Of a stretch of 64,000 bases of DNA, positions 51,815-64,000 are shown in pieces. The notes beneath the pieces were generated by a model that was not told the DNA's origin, did no database searches, and saw only the letters and a list, made by a program, of their open reading frames with translations. How positions within the stretch are numbered: position 1 is the first letter of the stretch; each line of letters starts with the position of its first letter. The position numbers and the translations under genes are program-made. Source of the stretch: Heterodontus francisci (taxonomy: Eukaryota); contig NC_090394.1 of the NCBI RefSeq assembly GCF_036365525.1, positions 15,748,528 to 15,812,527 of the forward strand, in the 5' to 3' direction.

Positions 51815-54800
51815 AGGTTGTGGTACACATCGGTACCAATGACATAGGCAAGAAGAGTGATGAGGTCCTGCAGGGGGAGTTTAGGGAGTTAGGTAGTAAG
51901 TTAAAAGACAGGACCTCGAGGGTTGTAATATCTGGATTACTCCCTGTGCCACATGCCAGTGAGGCTAGAAATAGGAAGATAGTGCAGCTAAACACGTGGC
52001 TGAGCAGCTGGTGTAGGAGGGAGGGTTTCAGATATCTGGACCATTGGGCTCTCTTCAGGGACAGATGGGACCTGTACAAGAAGGACGGGTTGCATCTAAA
52101 CTGGAGGGGCACTAATATCCTGGCTGCAAGGTTTACTAGCATCACTCGGGAGGGTTTAAACTAGTGTGGCAGGGGGGCGGGAACCAGAGCAGTAAGACAG
52201 CTAGTGAAATAAATGAGGAGGACATAGTAAATAAGGCCAGTAGGACTAAGAGGAAAAGCAGGCAGGGAGATGCTGCTGAGCACAGCGGGACTGGTGGTCT
52301 GAAGTGCATTTGTTTCAATGCGAGAAGTATAACAGGTAAGGCAGATGAACTTAGAGCTTGGATTAGTACTTGGAAATATGATGTTGTTGCTATTACAGAG
52401 ACTTGGTTGAGGGAAGGGCAGGATTGGCAGCTAAATGTTCCAGGCATTAGAAGCTTCAGGCGGGATAGAGGGGGATGTAAAAGGGGTGGGGGAGTTGCAT
52501 TACTGGTTAAGGAGAATATCACAGCTGTACTGCGGGAGGACACCTCGGAGGGCTCATGCAGCGAGGCAATATGGGTAGGGCTCAGGAATAGGAAGGGTGC
52601 AGTCACGATGTTGGGGGTTTACTACAGGCCTCCCAACAGCCAGCGGGAGGTAGAGGAGCAGATATGTAGACAGATTTTGGAAAGATGTAAAGGTAACAGG
52701 GTTGTGGTGGTGGGTGATTTTAACTTCCCCAATATTGACTGGGACTCACTTAGTGCTAGGGGCTTGGATGGGGCAGAATTTGTGAGGAGCATCCAGGAGG
52801 GCTTCTTGAAACAGTATGTAGATAGTCCAACTAGGGATGGGGCCATTCTGGACCTGGTATTGGGGAATGAGCCCGGCCAGGTGGTCGAAGTTTCAGTGGG
52901 GGAGCATTTCGGGAGCAGTGACCATAATTCCATAAGTTTTAAGGTACTTGTGGATAAGGATAAGAGTAGTCCTCGGGTGAAGGTGCTAAATTGGGGGAAG
53001 GCTAATTATAACAATATTAGGCAGGACCTGAAGAATTTAGATTGGGGGCGGCTGTTTGAGGGTAAATCAACATCTGACATGTGGGAGTCTTTCAAACGTC
53101 AGCTGATTAGAATCCAGGACCAGCATGTTCCTGTGAGGAAGAAAGACAAGTTTGGCAAGTTTTGGGAAGTTTGGATAACATGGGATATTGTGAGCCGAGT
53201 CAAAAAGAAAGAAGAAGCATTTGTAAGGGCTGGAAGGCTAGGAACAGATGAAGCACTTGAGGAATATAAAGACAGTAGGAAGGAACTTAAGCAAGGAGTT
53301 AGGAGGGCTAAAAGGGGTCATGAAAAGTCATTGGCAAACAGGATTAAGGAAAATCCCAAGGCTTTTTATACATATATAAAGAGCAAGAGGGTAACCAGGG
53401 AAAGGGTTGGCCCACTCAAGGACAGAGATGGGAATCTATGTGTGGAGCCACAGGAATTGGGCGAGGTGCTAAATGAGTACTTTGCATCAGTATTCACCAA
53501 AGAGAAGGACTTGGTGGATGATGAGCCTAGGGAAGGGAGTGCAGATAGTCTCAGTCATCTCATTATCAAAAAGGAGGTGGTGTTGGGTGTCTTGCAAAGC
53601 ATTAAGGTAGATAAGTCCCCAGGGCCTGATGGGATCTACCCTAGAATACTGAGGGAGGCAAGGGAAGAAATTGCTGGGGCCTTGACAGAAATCTTTGCAT
53701 CCTCATTGGCTACAGGTGAGGTCCCTGAGGACTGGAGAATAGCCAATGTTGTTCCTTTGTTTAAGAAGGGTGGCAAGGATAATCCAGGAAATTATAGGCT
53801 GGTGAGCCTTACGTCATTGGTAGGGAAACGATTAGAGAGGATTACTCGGGACAGGATTTCCTCCCATTTGGAAACAAACGAACTTATTAGCGAGAGATAG
53901 CATGGTTTTGTGAAGGGGAGGTCGTGTCTTACTAATTTGATTGAGTTTTTTGAGGAAGTGACAAAGATGATTGATGAAGGAAGGGCAGTGGATGTTATCT
54001 ATATGGACTTTAGTAAAGCCTTTGACAAGGTCCCGCATGGCAGACTGGTACAGAAGGTGAAGTCACACGGGATCAGAGGTGAGCTGGCAAGATGGATACA
54101 GAACTGGCTCGGTCATAGAAGACAGAGGGTATCAGTGGATGGGTGTTTTTCTGAATGGAGGGATGTGACTAGTGGTGTTCCGCAGGGATCAGTGCTGGGA
54201 CCTTTGCTCTTTGTAGTATATATAAATGATTTGGAGGAAAACGCAGCTGGTCTGATTAGTAAGTTTGCGGACGACACAAAGGTTGGTGGAATTGCGGATA
54301 ATGATGAGGATTGTCAGAGGATACAGCAGGATACAGATCGGTTGGAGACTTGGGCGGAGAAACGGCAGATGGAGTTTAATCCGACAAATGTGAGGTAATG
54401 CATTTTGGAAGGTCTAATGCAGGTGGGAGGTATACAGTAAATGACAGAACCCTTAGGAGTATTGACAGGCAGAGAGATCTGGGCGTACAGGTCCACAGGT
54501 CACTGAAAGTGGTAACGCAGGTGGATAAGGTAGTCAAGAAGGCATACGGCATGCTTGCCTTCATCGGTCGGGGCATAGAGTATAAAAATTGGCAAGTCAT
54601 GTTGCTGCTGTTCAGAACTTTAGTTAGGCCACACTTAGAATATTGCATGCAACTCTGGTCGCCACAGTACCAGAAGGACGTGGAGGCTTTGGAGAGGGTA
54701 CAGAGGAGGTTTACCAGGATGTTGCCTGGTCTGGAGGGCATTAGCTATGAGGAGAGGTTGGAAAAACCCGGATTGTTTTCACTGGGAGGTGGAGGGGCGA

Positions 54801-55517
54801 CATGATAGAGGTTTACAAAGTTATGAGCGCATGGACAGAGTGGATAGTCAGAAGCTTTTTCCCAGGGTGGAAGAGTCAGTTACTAGGGGACATAGGTTTA
54901 AGGTGCGAGGGGCAAAGTTTAGAGGGGATGTGCGAGGCAAGTTTTTTTTTACACAGAGGGTGGTGAGTGCTTGGAACTTGCTGCCAGGGGAGGTGGTGGA
55001 AGCAGATACGATAGCGACGTTTATGAGACATCTTGACAAATATATGAATAGGAAGGGAATAGAGGGATATGGGCCCCGGAAGTGGCGGCACAGTGGTTAG
55101 CACCGCAGCCTCACAGCTCCAGCGACCCGGGTTCAATTCTGGGTACTGCCTGTGTGGAGTTTGCAAGTTCTCCCTGTGTCTGCGTGGGTTTCCTCCGGGT
55201 GCTCCGGTTTCCTCCCACATGCCAAAGATTTGCAGGTTGATAGGTAAATTGGCAATTATAAATTGCCTCTAGTATAGGTAGGAGATAGGGAAATATAGGG
55301 ACAGGTGGGGATGTGGTAGGAATATGGAATTAGCGTAGGATTAGTATAAATGGGTGGTTGATGGTCGGCGCAGACTCGGTGGGCCGAAGGGCCTGTTTCA
55401 GTGCTGTATCTCTAAATTTAAAAAAAGTGCAGACGGTGTTAGTTTAGGCAGGCATCAAGATCGGCGCAGGCTTGGAGGGCCGAATGGCCTGTTCCTGTGC
55501 TGTACTGTTCTTTGTTA
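51815..55517 (+). mobile_element. Young CR1 LINE: 5'-truncated ORF1 esterase, near-intact ORF2 (APE + RT), 3' UTR
   Basis: 578-aa open frame 52164-53900 (CFNARSI, AITETWL, YRPPN, GDFN, SDHN); stop in SER*HGF, then in-frame YMDFSKAFDKVPH, GVPQGSVLGP, KFADDTK; frameshifts near 54380 and 54790; tail GGGCCGAATGGCCTGTTCCTGTGCTGT. Confidence 0.93.
55084..55426 (+). mobile_element. HE1/V-SINE-like SINE, copy 6, in the CR1 3' UTR
   Basis: Consensus SINE sequence flanked by repeated AAGTG; CR1 UTR resumes at ~55427. Confidence 0.92.
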
Positions 55518-55894
55518 CAGTCCTGTCTCAAAACTTTGCTCAGTGGAGTGGGGGAGGGGAATGCCACAAAACAAAATTATCATTCTCCACTGTTATTTAA
55601 AACACAAAATAACATTCCTGTAATGGAAAATAACTAGCAGTTCAGGGAAGTTCCAATAACACTGGGAATTGATTGTAAACATTTTACACATTACTGCACA
55701 GATTTGAAAGCATCTGCCAAACACAAACAACAGCTGCCACATTTTCGCAGACTGCAGCAAAACTCCTCACAAATGTCACTTAAAATGCCAACAGCTTTTA
55801 AACTAAGCCGGCTTTGGTGATTACCCATGGCATGTGGAAGAGTAATGTACCGTCGTGCCTTTCCTTTTTACGTAAAAAAAAATACAGTGGCGTT

Positions 55895-57445
55895 TGCGAG
55901 GAGAGGTCACCAGGACTGGATGGGATGTATCCGAGGATAGAGGGAAGTAAGGGTGGAAATTGGGGAGGCACTGGCCATAATCATTCAATTCTCATTAGAT
56001 ACAGGGGTGGTGCCAGATGACTGGAGAATTACAAACATTACACCCTTGATCAAAAAAAGGGCATAAGGATAAGTGCAGCAACTACAGGCCAGTCAGTTTA
56101 ACCTCGGTGGTGGAAAATCATTTAAAATTATAATCTCGGATAAAATTAAGCGTCATTTGAACAAACATGGATTAATTAAGGAAAGCCAGCATGGATTTGT
56201 TAAAGACAAATCATGTTTAACTAACTTGATTGAGTTCTTTTGACAAGGTAACTGAGAGGGTTGATGAGGGTAATACTGTTGATGTGGTGTACATGGACTT
56301 CCAAAGGGCATTTGATAAAAGTGCCACGTAATAGGCTTGTCAGCAAAGTTGAAGCCCCAGGAATAAAAGGGACAATAGCAGCATGGATACAAAGTTGGCT
56401 GCAAGACAGGAAACAGTAATGGTGAATGTCTGATTTCCAGGCTGGAAGAAAGTATATTGTAGGGTTCCCTACAGGTCAGTACTAGGACCACTGCTTTTCC
56501 TGATCTATATTAATAATCTAGACGGGTACAATTTCAAAATCTGCAGATGACACAAAACTTGGAAGTATTGTGAAATGTGAGGAGGATAGTGATAGACTTC
56601 AAGCGGGCGCAGACAGGCTGGTGTAATTGGAGGATTCACAGCAGATGAAAATTAATACCGAGAAGTGTGAAGTGATATATTCTAGGACAAAGAACGAGGA
56701 GCGACAATATAAAATTAAAAGTACAATTCTAAAGACACTGCAGGAAGAGAGAGACCTGGGCTATATGTACACAAACTGTTGGAAGATGGCAGGGCAGGTT
56801 AAGAAAGTGGTTAAAAAAGCAGACAGGTTCCTGGCCTTTATAAATAGAGGCATAGAGTACAAAAGCAAAGTAGAAATGGTGAACCTTTAGAAAAATACTG
56901 GTTTGGCTTCAACTGAGTATTGTGTCCAGTTCTGAGCACTGCACTTTAGGAAGGATGTGAAGGCTTTAGAGAGGTACAGAAAAGATTTACGGGAATGGTT
57001 CCAGTGATGAGAAACTTCAGTTATGTGGACAGATTGGAGAAACTGGGACTATTCTCCAGAAGGTTGAGAGGAGATTTGATAGAGGTGTTCAAAATCATGA
57101 AGGTCTGGACTGAGTATATAAGGAGAAACTGTTCCCATTGGCAGAAGTGTCGAGAACCAAAGGACACGTATTTAAGTTGAATGGTAAAAGAACCAACAGC
57201 AACACAAGTTAAAAACTTTTTTTTTTTTACACAGCAAGCAGTTAGGATCTGGAATCCACTGCCTGAGAGTATGGAGGCAGAATCAATTGTGGTTTTCAAA
57301 AGGGAATTGGATTATCTGAAGAGAAAAAATTGCAGGGCTACAGGGAAAGGACGGAGGAGTGGGTCGAGCTGAGTTCTTCTTGCAAAGAGCTGTATTGACT
57401 CGATAGGCCAAATGACCTCCTGTGTTGTAACCATTCCATGATTCC
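55895..57445 (+). mobile_element. CR1 RT-to-3' end, degenerate
   Basis: SPGLDGMYPR, NYRPVSLTS, SQHGF, YMDFQRAFDK, SADDTKL, RRLRGDLIEVFKIM. Confidence 0.85.
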
Positions 57446-57497
57446 ATGTTGCCAGGAATGGAGACATTTCGCTATTAGGAAAGACTGGACAGGTTAT

Positions 57498-57848
57498 GGG
57501 CGGCACAGTGGCGCAGTGGTTAGCACCGCAGCCTCACAGTTCCAGGGACCCGGGTTCGATTCCGGGTACTGCCTGTGTGGAGCTTGCAAGTTCTCCCTGT
57601 GTCTGCGTGGGTTTTCTCCGGGTGCTCCGGTTTCCTCCCACAAGCCAAAAGACTTGCAGGTTGATAGGTAAATTGGCCATTATAAATTGTCACTAGTATA
57701 GGTAGTTGGTAGGGAAATATAGGGACAGGTGGGGATGTTTGGTAGGAATATGGGATTAGTGTAGGATTAGTATAAATGGGTGGTTGATGTTCGGCACAGA
57801 CTCGGTGGGCTGAAGGGCCTGTTTCAGTGCTGTATCTCTAATCTAATC
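57498..57848 (+). mobile_element. HE1/V-SINE-like SINE, copy 7, in a CR1 3' fragment (~57460-58070)
   Basis: Full head, B box, (CTAAT)n tail; AGGTTA repeated on both flanks. Confidence 0.92.
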
Positions 57849-58075
57849 AAGGTTAGGGTAGTCTTCTTTGTAACAGAAGAGGCTAAGGGGAGATTTAATT
57901 GAGGTGTATAAAATTATGAGGGGCCGAGAAAGAGTGGATAGGATGGGCCTATCCCAGTTAGCAGAAAGGTTAATAAGCAGGGGCCACAGATTTAATGTAA
58001 TTGGTACAAGGATTAGAGGGCTGTTGAGGAGAAACCTTTTAAACGCAAAGATCTGGAACTCACTGCCTGATAATA

Positions 58076-58235
58076 CTTCTTTGGCCTCCTTATCTCGAGA
58101 GACAATGGATAAGCGCCTGGAGGTGGTCAGTGGTTTGTGAAGCAGCGCCTGGAGTGGCTATAACGGCCAATTCTAGAGTGACAGGCTCTTCCACAGGTGC
58201 TGCAGAAAAATTTGTTTGTCGAGGCTGTTACATAC
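58076..58235 (-). mobile_element. RTE LINE 3' fragment
   Basis: Matches 41645-41805. Confidence 0.8.
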
Positions 58236-58239
58236 AGTA

Positions 58240-58700
58240 GAAGCAGAAACCCTCGTAGAAGAATCTATAACTAGGGAGCATAGTTTCAGAATATAGGGTA
58301 GCCCATTTAAGACAGAGATGAGAAGGAATTTATTTTCTGAATTTTTGGAACTCTCTACTTCAGACAGCTCTAGCAGGTTATTCATTGAATATATTCAAGG
58401 CGGAGATAGATTTTTGAACTACAGGCAGGTTTAAGGGTTATGGGGAACAGGAAGGAAAGTGAAGTTGAGGCCAAGATCAGATCAGCCATGATTTTATTGA
58501 ATAGCGAAGGAGGCTAGAGGGGCCAATTGGACTACTCCTGCTATTTCTTATGCTCTTAAACCCTCACCATATTTTTAAAAATACTCAAATTTGCACTTTG
58601 AAGTGCTGAAAACTACAGACCAGGAGCTGGAAAGTGGGATTAGGCTAAATAATTTTTCATCTGCTGGCACAAGGCCAAATGGCCTGTTCCTGCTCTATGT
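58240..58700 (+). mobile_element. Adjacent CR1 3' fragments
   Basis: TREHSFRI..FKTEMRRN remnant and two CR1-type tails near 58520-58555 and 58670-58700. Confidence 0.65.
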
Positions 58701-60065
58701 ATATATACATATAATTTCTCTGCCATCAGTGCAAGTCTGACAAGACCAATTCCTGTCTGCTTAGCCACCATTACAATATGTATATTGAAACTTTATAAAA
58801 TGATTAATATCAATAGAAAACAAGCTCCCAGTTCAACTTGATTAATGCAAATATCAATTATATATCGGTCTTAATGTGCTTGAATACAGTGAGATACCAT
58901 GACCAGATTACTGCAATAAACTGATGTGACATATGCATTAAGATTTCAGCTGTATAATAAATTCAAGGAAATAAATACAGCAAATCAAAAGTACTGCACC
59001 CCCACCTACATCATAGGTTTTCCAACTATGCTCCAAGGACCATAAGGGGCCCCATCAGGGAATTTAAGACGACGTTTCTGTATTTTAGCCAGTACCTGTA
59101 AGGTATTTCTTTTGTTGTATATTAATTTTAAAACATTTCTGTATTGATGGCACTTTTTTTGGGTGGCCAAAATCCCCAAAAGTTTGGGGATTGTCACTAT
59201 TTGCAGGGATCAGCCACATAGAAAAAAATTTTCAAACCTGCCACCTAAATAGGAGCTAGAAATGTGTGTTCAGATATTTTAATAACTATTTGATAATAGG
59301 CAGCATCAATCCGATGTGGAGTATTCTGAAACCCAAGAAAAATCTTCAGCATTTAAATGGCTAAAACATGTTTGATACAATTTTAAAATTTACCATATTG
59401 AAAACCAATGGATTTTGATCATGCTTCATTGATTCAGTATTTAGCGTGCTCTACCAGGGGATTTTTCTCTATTTGCAATTCAATGAACGAGCTATCGAGA
59501 ACTTGAAAAATTGCCAGTAAACAATCATAATCTCTTTTGTAAATGCTATTGGGATTTCAAATGCAATTCCCATTTCCATGTGTTTTTAATTAAAGGTCTG
59601 TTATGAGCTGCATTAATCAGCTCAACATAGTATGCGAGAAAAAAAAGCCATCGCTGAAAGCAGGAATTTTCATTCTGCTTCAGTCACTTAAAACATTTTC
59701 TTACAATAAATTGTTAAGTATTTTTATGGGGAGTACTATATTAAACTAGGTCCCAGATGCACTGATATTTCTGTTGATACACAGCAACTTCCTGAAGCCT
59801 AGAAAATGTAAAAGTAAGTAGAATGGGGCAAGCTGATTTTGTGCATGCCCGATCATGGTTGTCTTTAACACTAACAAAACTGTCATCACCAGGGAGACCA
59901 GAAAACCCAAACATCAATACCAGGATTTCAGCTTTGTAGTCAACAGGCTAGCAGTAAAATATTCAAAGATTCTGCCATATAGATTTTATATTATTGAAGA
60001 GGCTGCAATCAATCTTCCATTTAATACCATTTTGAAAATAGAAGCTGGTCACTTACACTTACAAT

Positions 60066-60555
60066 AGCTTGCATTTATATAGGGCCTTTAATGCACTCAT
60101 AACACTCCTATGAACTCGTTGGGTGTATCAAAAGAATTTGACATTGAGTCACATAAGGAAATAATAGGATAGGTGAGCAACAGCTTTGTCAAAGAGGTAG
60201 ATTTTAAAGGAGCTTCCTAAAAGAGGAGTGAGATAGGCGGACAGTCTAAGGAGGCTTAGGGCCGAGGAAGCTGAAGTTGTAACCGCCAATAGTGAAACAA
60301 TTAAAATTGGGGATGCACATGACAGTATTGGAGGAGTGTAGAGACGCTTGAAGGTGGTAGGGCTCAAGGAGGAGTCAGAGTTAGGGAAGGGTGACAGCAT
60401 GGAGGGATTTGAAAACATAGAGGAGAATTTTCAAATAAGGCATGTCAGACTGGGAGCCAATAGAGGTCAGTGAGCACAAGGGTAATGGGCAATAGGGAAT
60501 TGGTACGAGTTAGGATGCTGGCAACAGAAGTTTGGATGAGCTCAAGTTTATCAAG
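60066..60555 (-). mobile_element. L2 3' fragment
   Basis: CTATATAAATGCAAG terminus on minus; similar to 7598-7975. Confidence 0.6.
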
Positions 60556-62877
60556 AGTTTATGCACTCAGCAACAGCACTCCTGACATCAAACCTTTAAA
60601 AACATACTACAAAATACCCTTCTCTTTCCTATTAATTTTATCTTACATTTGAGTGTTCTTTCTCTTTTCCAAATTTATTCCCTCCTGAAGACACTGGTCT
60701 GTGCTAGTGTGTGGGCGCCAACAATTCTACCTGAACATTTCATGCTTAACAGACCAAAACTTTTGCCAAGTTATTCACGTTGCAGCTTCTTCCTATCCTC
60801 ATCGTGTCCGTGGATTGGATGTGCAGTTTCCAGCACTGATTCGTGTACAGCAATCAGGGTGGAAACCCTCGCTGCTTTTATTTTTCCCTGGTCGCACCCA
60901 CGTGGCTGCATAAAATGACATTTCCTGGCCACAATACAGATGATTGGATAATTGTCTTGTCTATCACACCCGACTTCAAGTGATGGATTAATCTTACACA
61001 CATGATTTGTTTGTAACTAACCTCCACTTACTGCACTTTGCTGGAGAATACACAATACCTTTAACCGGAGCAGTTGCTGCAGTTTTGGTCATGTATGAAT
61101 TCTGTTTTCTGTAGTTCACAAAGATTCTGTTTAAATAGACTCACTAAATAGATACTTATTTGCTTTGTTTTTCGCTGAGTAAATAAACTTTGTTTGCTGT
61201 AAGATATACCTGCTTGCTCCAAGTCTTGCCATATATCCTGTCCCAACGCTTCTTGCCCTGCCTCCAACTCCTTGGTTAACATAGTGGTCACACCCTCAAA
61301 GCTGCCCTGGCTGAGATCACCAACCCAGAACAGCAACTGGGCGTAGAATCTTAATTGTCTATGTACCCTAATGCCACATCAGGTAGCACATTTACCCACT
61401 CATCTACAAGGAAATCTGGTTTCTGACAGTTAACATATAATGTGCACATTACCAGATCTAGCTAGTTTTCTGTGCCAAAATGGTCTGCTTAATGTAACCT
61501 AACGTTTCTCCTAATACATTACTATAATCTTCCAACATTTTATCAGATACTAAATAGTGATAATTGGACTCATCCTTCTGAAATATATTTTGAAGTTGAA
61601 AATTTATTCAATACAAGTCAAATTTAGAATATTTGACAGCAAGTGAGCTAACAAAGACTCAGCAGACAAGGTTGCAAAATCATTCAAAAAGCAGTCAGAC
61701 AAAATAGTGGAAAGTACCAGACATGCATATGTCACATAACTGAAAATATTTTAACGCAAGCTCCTTTGATTTCATCGATGGGGAGGGGGAATAAAAACCT
61801 ATTAGAGTCTTAACTGGTTACAATGGGAAGAAACGGCTGGTGCTTTGGCTGACAAGCCTACTGTTTCTGTTCCTAAAGTACTGTAGAATCTAATTCTGGC
61901 CCCAAAATACAATAAGAACATTTCTTACCTCCAGAATATTTCTCCATTCCATTTGACACACAATCTCCCATCCTTAATTGTTAAAAGCTTTACAGCTTGA
62001 ATCAAGTTACGCCAAGCAAATGCTGAGAGATCCGTTTCATGATCAATAGGGCAAAAAGTAAAATAAGGTTTCCAAACAGGAGTCAAACAGCTCTCCTATT
62101 CCTCTACACTAGTTATTAGCATTTTGCAATCTTCAATGGTAATTTTCATTAGGTGTTGATGAAAAATTCCACGTTAATAATTAAACTCCAGCCTATTAAT
62201 ATTCCTAATGTTGTAGTGTTGAAAACAATTCAGCCACTCATTACCCCTCAAGTCCTTGAGATTTTGATGTAAAATTTAACAAACTGCCATTTAAAAGAAA
62301 CAGCAGAGTAGAAAGGCATTTTTCAAATTGCTTGAAATACTAATGGGACTCCCCAAATGGCAGTGTTTATCTAGAAAGCAGCTCAACAGTATAAACCAGG
62401 AAGGTGTCAGATTCAAAGCCCCCGTACTGAATTAGCTGATACTACCTGACCTGCTGAGCAGGTTTTATTTCTGAGTTAGTTATCTCAGTCAGGCTGGCAG
62501 TAGGGAGACTACAATTGGGTTTGAGCCCTAGGGTGGAACAGAGGGAGTGGTGGGGGGGAAGCGAGGAGATTGTGTGCACATGCAAGGTTTTATAAGTAGA
62601 AAACAAAAGTAAGGTAAAGCATAACTTTGAGGAAGCTACTAGAAAATTGTACGCTATTATATTGCATGGGTTAATTACTTAGCAAATATAACACATTACT
62701 TGTGACAAACAGCACTTTGCAATTTGAAATTCTGCGATAATTTGATTTATATTTTGTAACGTACCGAAAACGGTTATAACAGCTGCATACCTTTTGTCTG
62801 AATCTATCCAATCAGATTCCTGTCCAACCGCTGCCCTGAAACAGCCCCAATCAAAATCATAAATGACAACCCCATGA

Positions 62878-62968
62878 CTGAGGAAAGGTCTGAAACATTA
62901 ACTCTGTTCCTCTCTGCATAGATATTGCCTGGCCCACTGAGTATTTCCAGTGTTCTCTGTTTTTATTT
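62878..62968 (+). mobile_element. Decayed Penelope-terminus fragment
   Basis: CTGAGGAAAGGTCTGAAACATTAACTCTG..GAGTATTTCCAG, homologous to 12079-12177. Confidence 0.65.
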
Positions 62969-62974
62969 GGCTCC

Positions 62975-63700
62975 TCTCCCTACCTTGGCACTGCTATCTT
63001 CAGAGTCCCCCAAGGATCTATACTTGGTCCCTACCTCACCCACATCTTACTCCTTGATGTCATCGTAGGAAGGAATGGAGTCAACTTCCATAACTACAGT
63101 GACGACACCCATCTCTACCTCTCCATCACCTCTCTCAACCCATGCACTATCTCAGTGCTGTCTGACTGCTTAGTCTTACATGAGCCCCAAATTCCTCCAA
63201 TTCAAAGTCGGGAAGACCAAAACCATCTGTAGCCCTTACCACAATCTCGATATCATCTGCATTGATTTCATCCTGTTCCCCAGTCATGGCTCAGGTTGAA
63301 TCAGACAGTTGGTAATATTGATCCTGCAGTAAATTTCTGACCCGATATCCACTCCATCTCAAAAACTGCCCACTTATACCTAACACTGACCACCTTGCCT
63401 CTATCATAGCTCATCTGTAACAAATTCTCATGCATGCCTCTATCATCTCCAGCCAACCATTTCAAAGGTCTCCAGACTGACTGACTGACCCCCTCCACCA
63501 CCCCCCTCCCATTTTACACACTCCAATTTATCCAAAACTCTGCTATTCGTATCCTAAGCTGCATCAAGACCCACACATCCATCACTCCTCATTAGCTCCT
63601 GGTCCCCCAATACCTCAAATTTAAAATTTTCATTCTTGTGTTTAAGTTTTTTCATGGCATCATCTCTCTCAATCTCTACAACCACCTGCAGTCCAACAAC
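62975..63700 (+). mobile_element. L2 RT fragment
   Basis: RVPQGSILGP, NFHNYSDDTHLYLS, LQFKVGKTK. Confidence 0.7.
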
Positions 63701-63711
63701 CACCCCACCAA

Positions 63712-64000
63712 AACCATAGAAAAGTTACGGCACAGAGAGGCGGCCATTCAGCCCATTGTATCCGTGCCAGATAAAAAAAAAAATCTAGCTGCCCAATCTA
63801 ATTCCACCTTCCAGCACCTGGTCCATAGCCTTGCAGGTTATAGCATTTCAAGTGCATGTCCAGGTACCTTTTAAATGAGTTGAGGGTTCCTACCTGCACC
63901 ACCGATCCAGGCAGCGAATTCCAGACACCCACCCCCCTCTGGTGAAAACATTTTTATGTCCCCTCTAATCCTTCTACCAATCACCTTAAATCTGTAAACT
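63712..64000 (-). mobile_element. CR1 3' end running off the window
   Basis: Reverse complement resembles 21165-21440 and 32365-32620. Confidence 0.8.

Noticed and set aside
52164-53900. 578-aa ORF as a host gene or prokaryotic RT system (retron, DGR, group II intron)
   Set aside because: It is APE endonuclease plus RT start of a CR1 LINE, with ORF1 remnant and CR1 tail, inside a vertebrate intron.
47113-64000. Canonical MGRN1 exon 1 (MGS..AYRYPPKSG)
   Set aside because: No matching peptide or CpG island found; presumably beyond the right edge.

Overview
This is eukaryotic vertebrate DNA, not prokaryotic. The repeat content (HE1/V-SINE-like, Deu-SINE-like, CR1/HER1-like) points to a cartilaginous fish, probably a shark. 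The only host gene I can support is MGRN1 (Mahogunin RING finger E3 ligase) on the minus strand: four internal coding exons (2-5) at 47112-46994, 39790-39702, 27023-26877 and 6171-6054, all AG/GT-bounded and phase-compatible. Canonical exon 1 and exons 6 onward lie outside the window. The rest is intron, densely filled with nested transposable elements: many CR1 LINEs (one young, near-intact), an RTE LINE, L2 fragments, Penelope-like elements, a decayed Gmr1-like Gypsy provirus plus solo LTRs, seven HE1-like SINEs, Deu-SINEs and two hAT MITEs. Almost every ORF in the supplied track is a TE fragment or spurious. Most notable observations: (1) an ORF1-less LINE with a tRNA-like head, plus two short non-autonomous derivatives made of its two ends; (2) a minimal hammerhead-ribozyme core in a 99-bp Penelope-terminus insertion with a 13-bp target-site duplication; (3) a speculative alternative first exon of MGRN1. 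Exon and TSD-defined coordinates were counted by hand; other TE boundaries are approximate. No database search was run, so family names come from recalled motifs and novelty is unverified.
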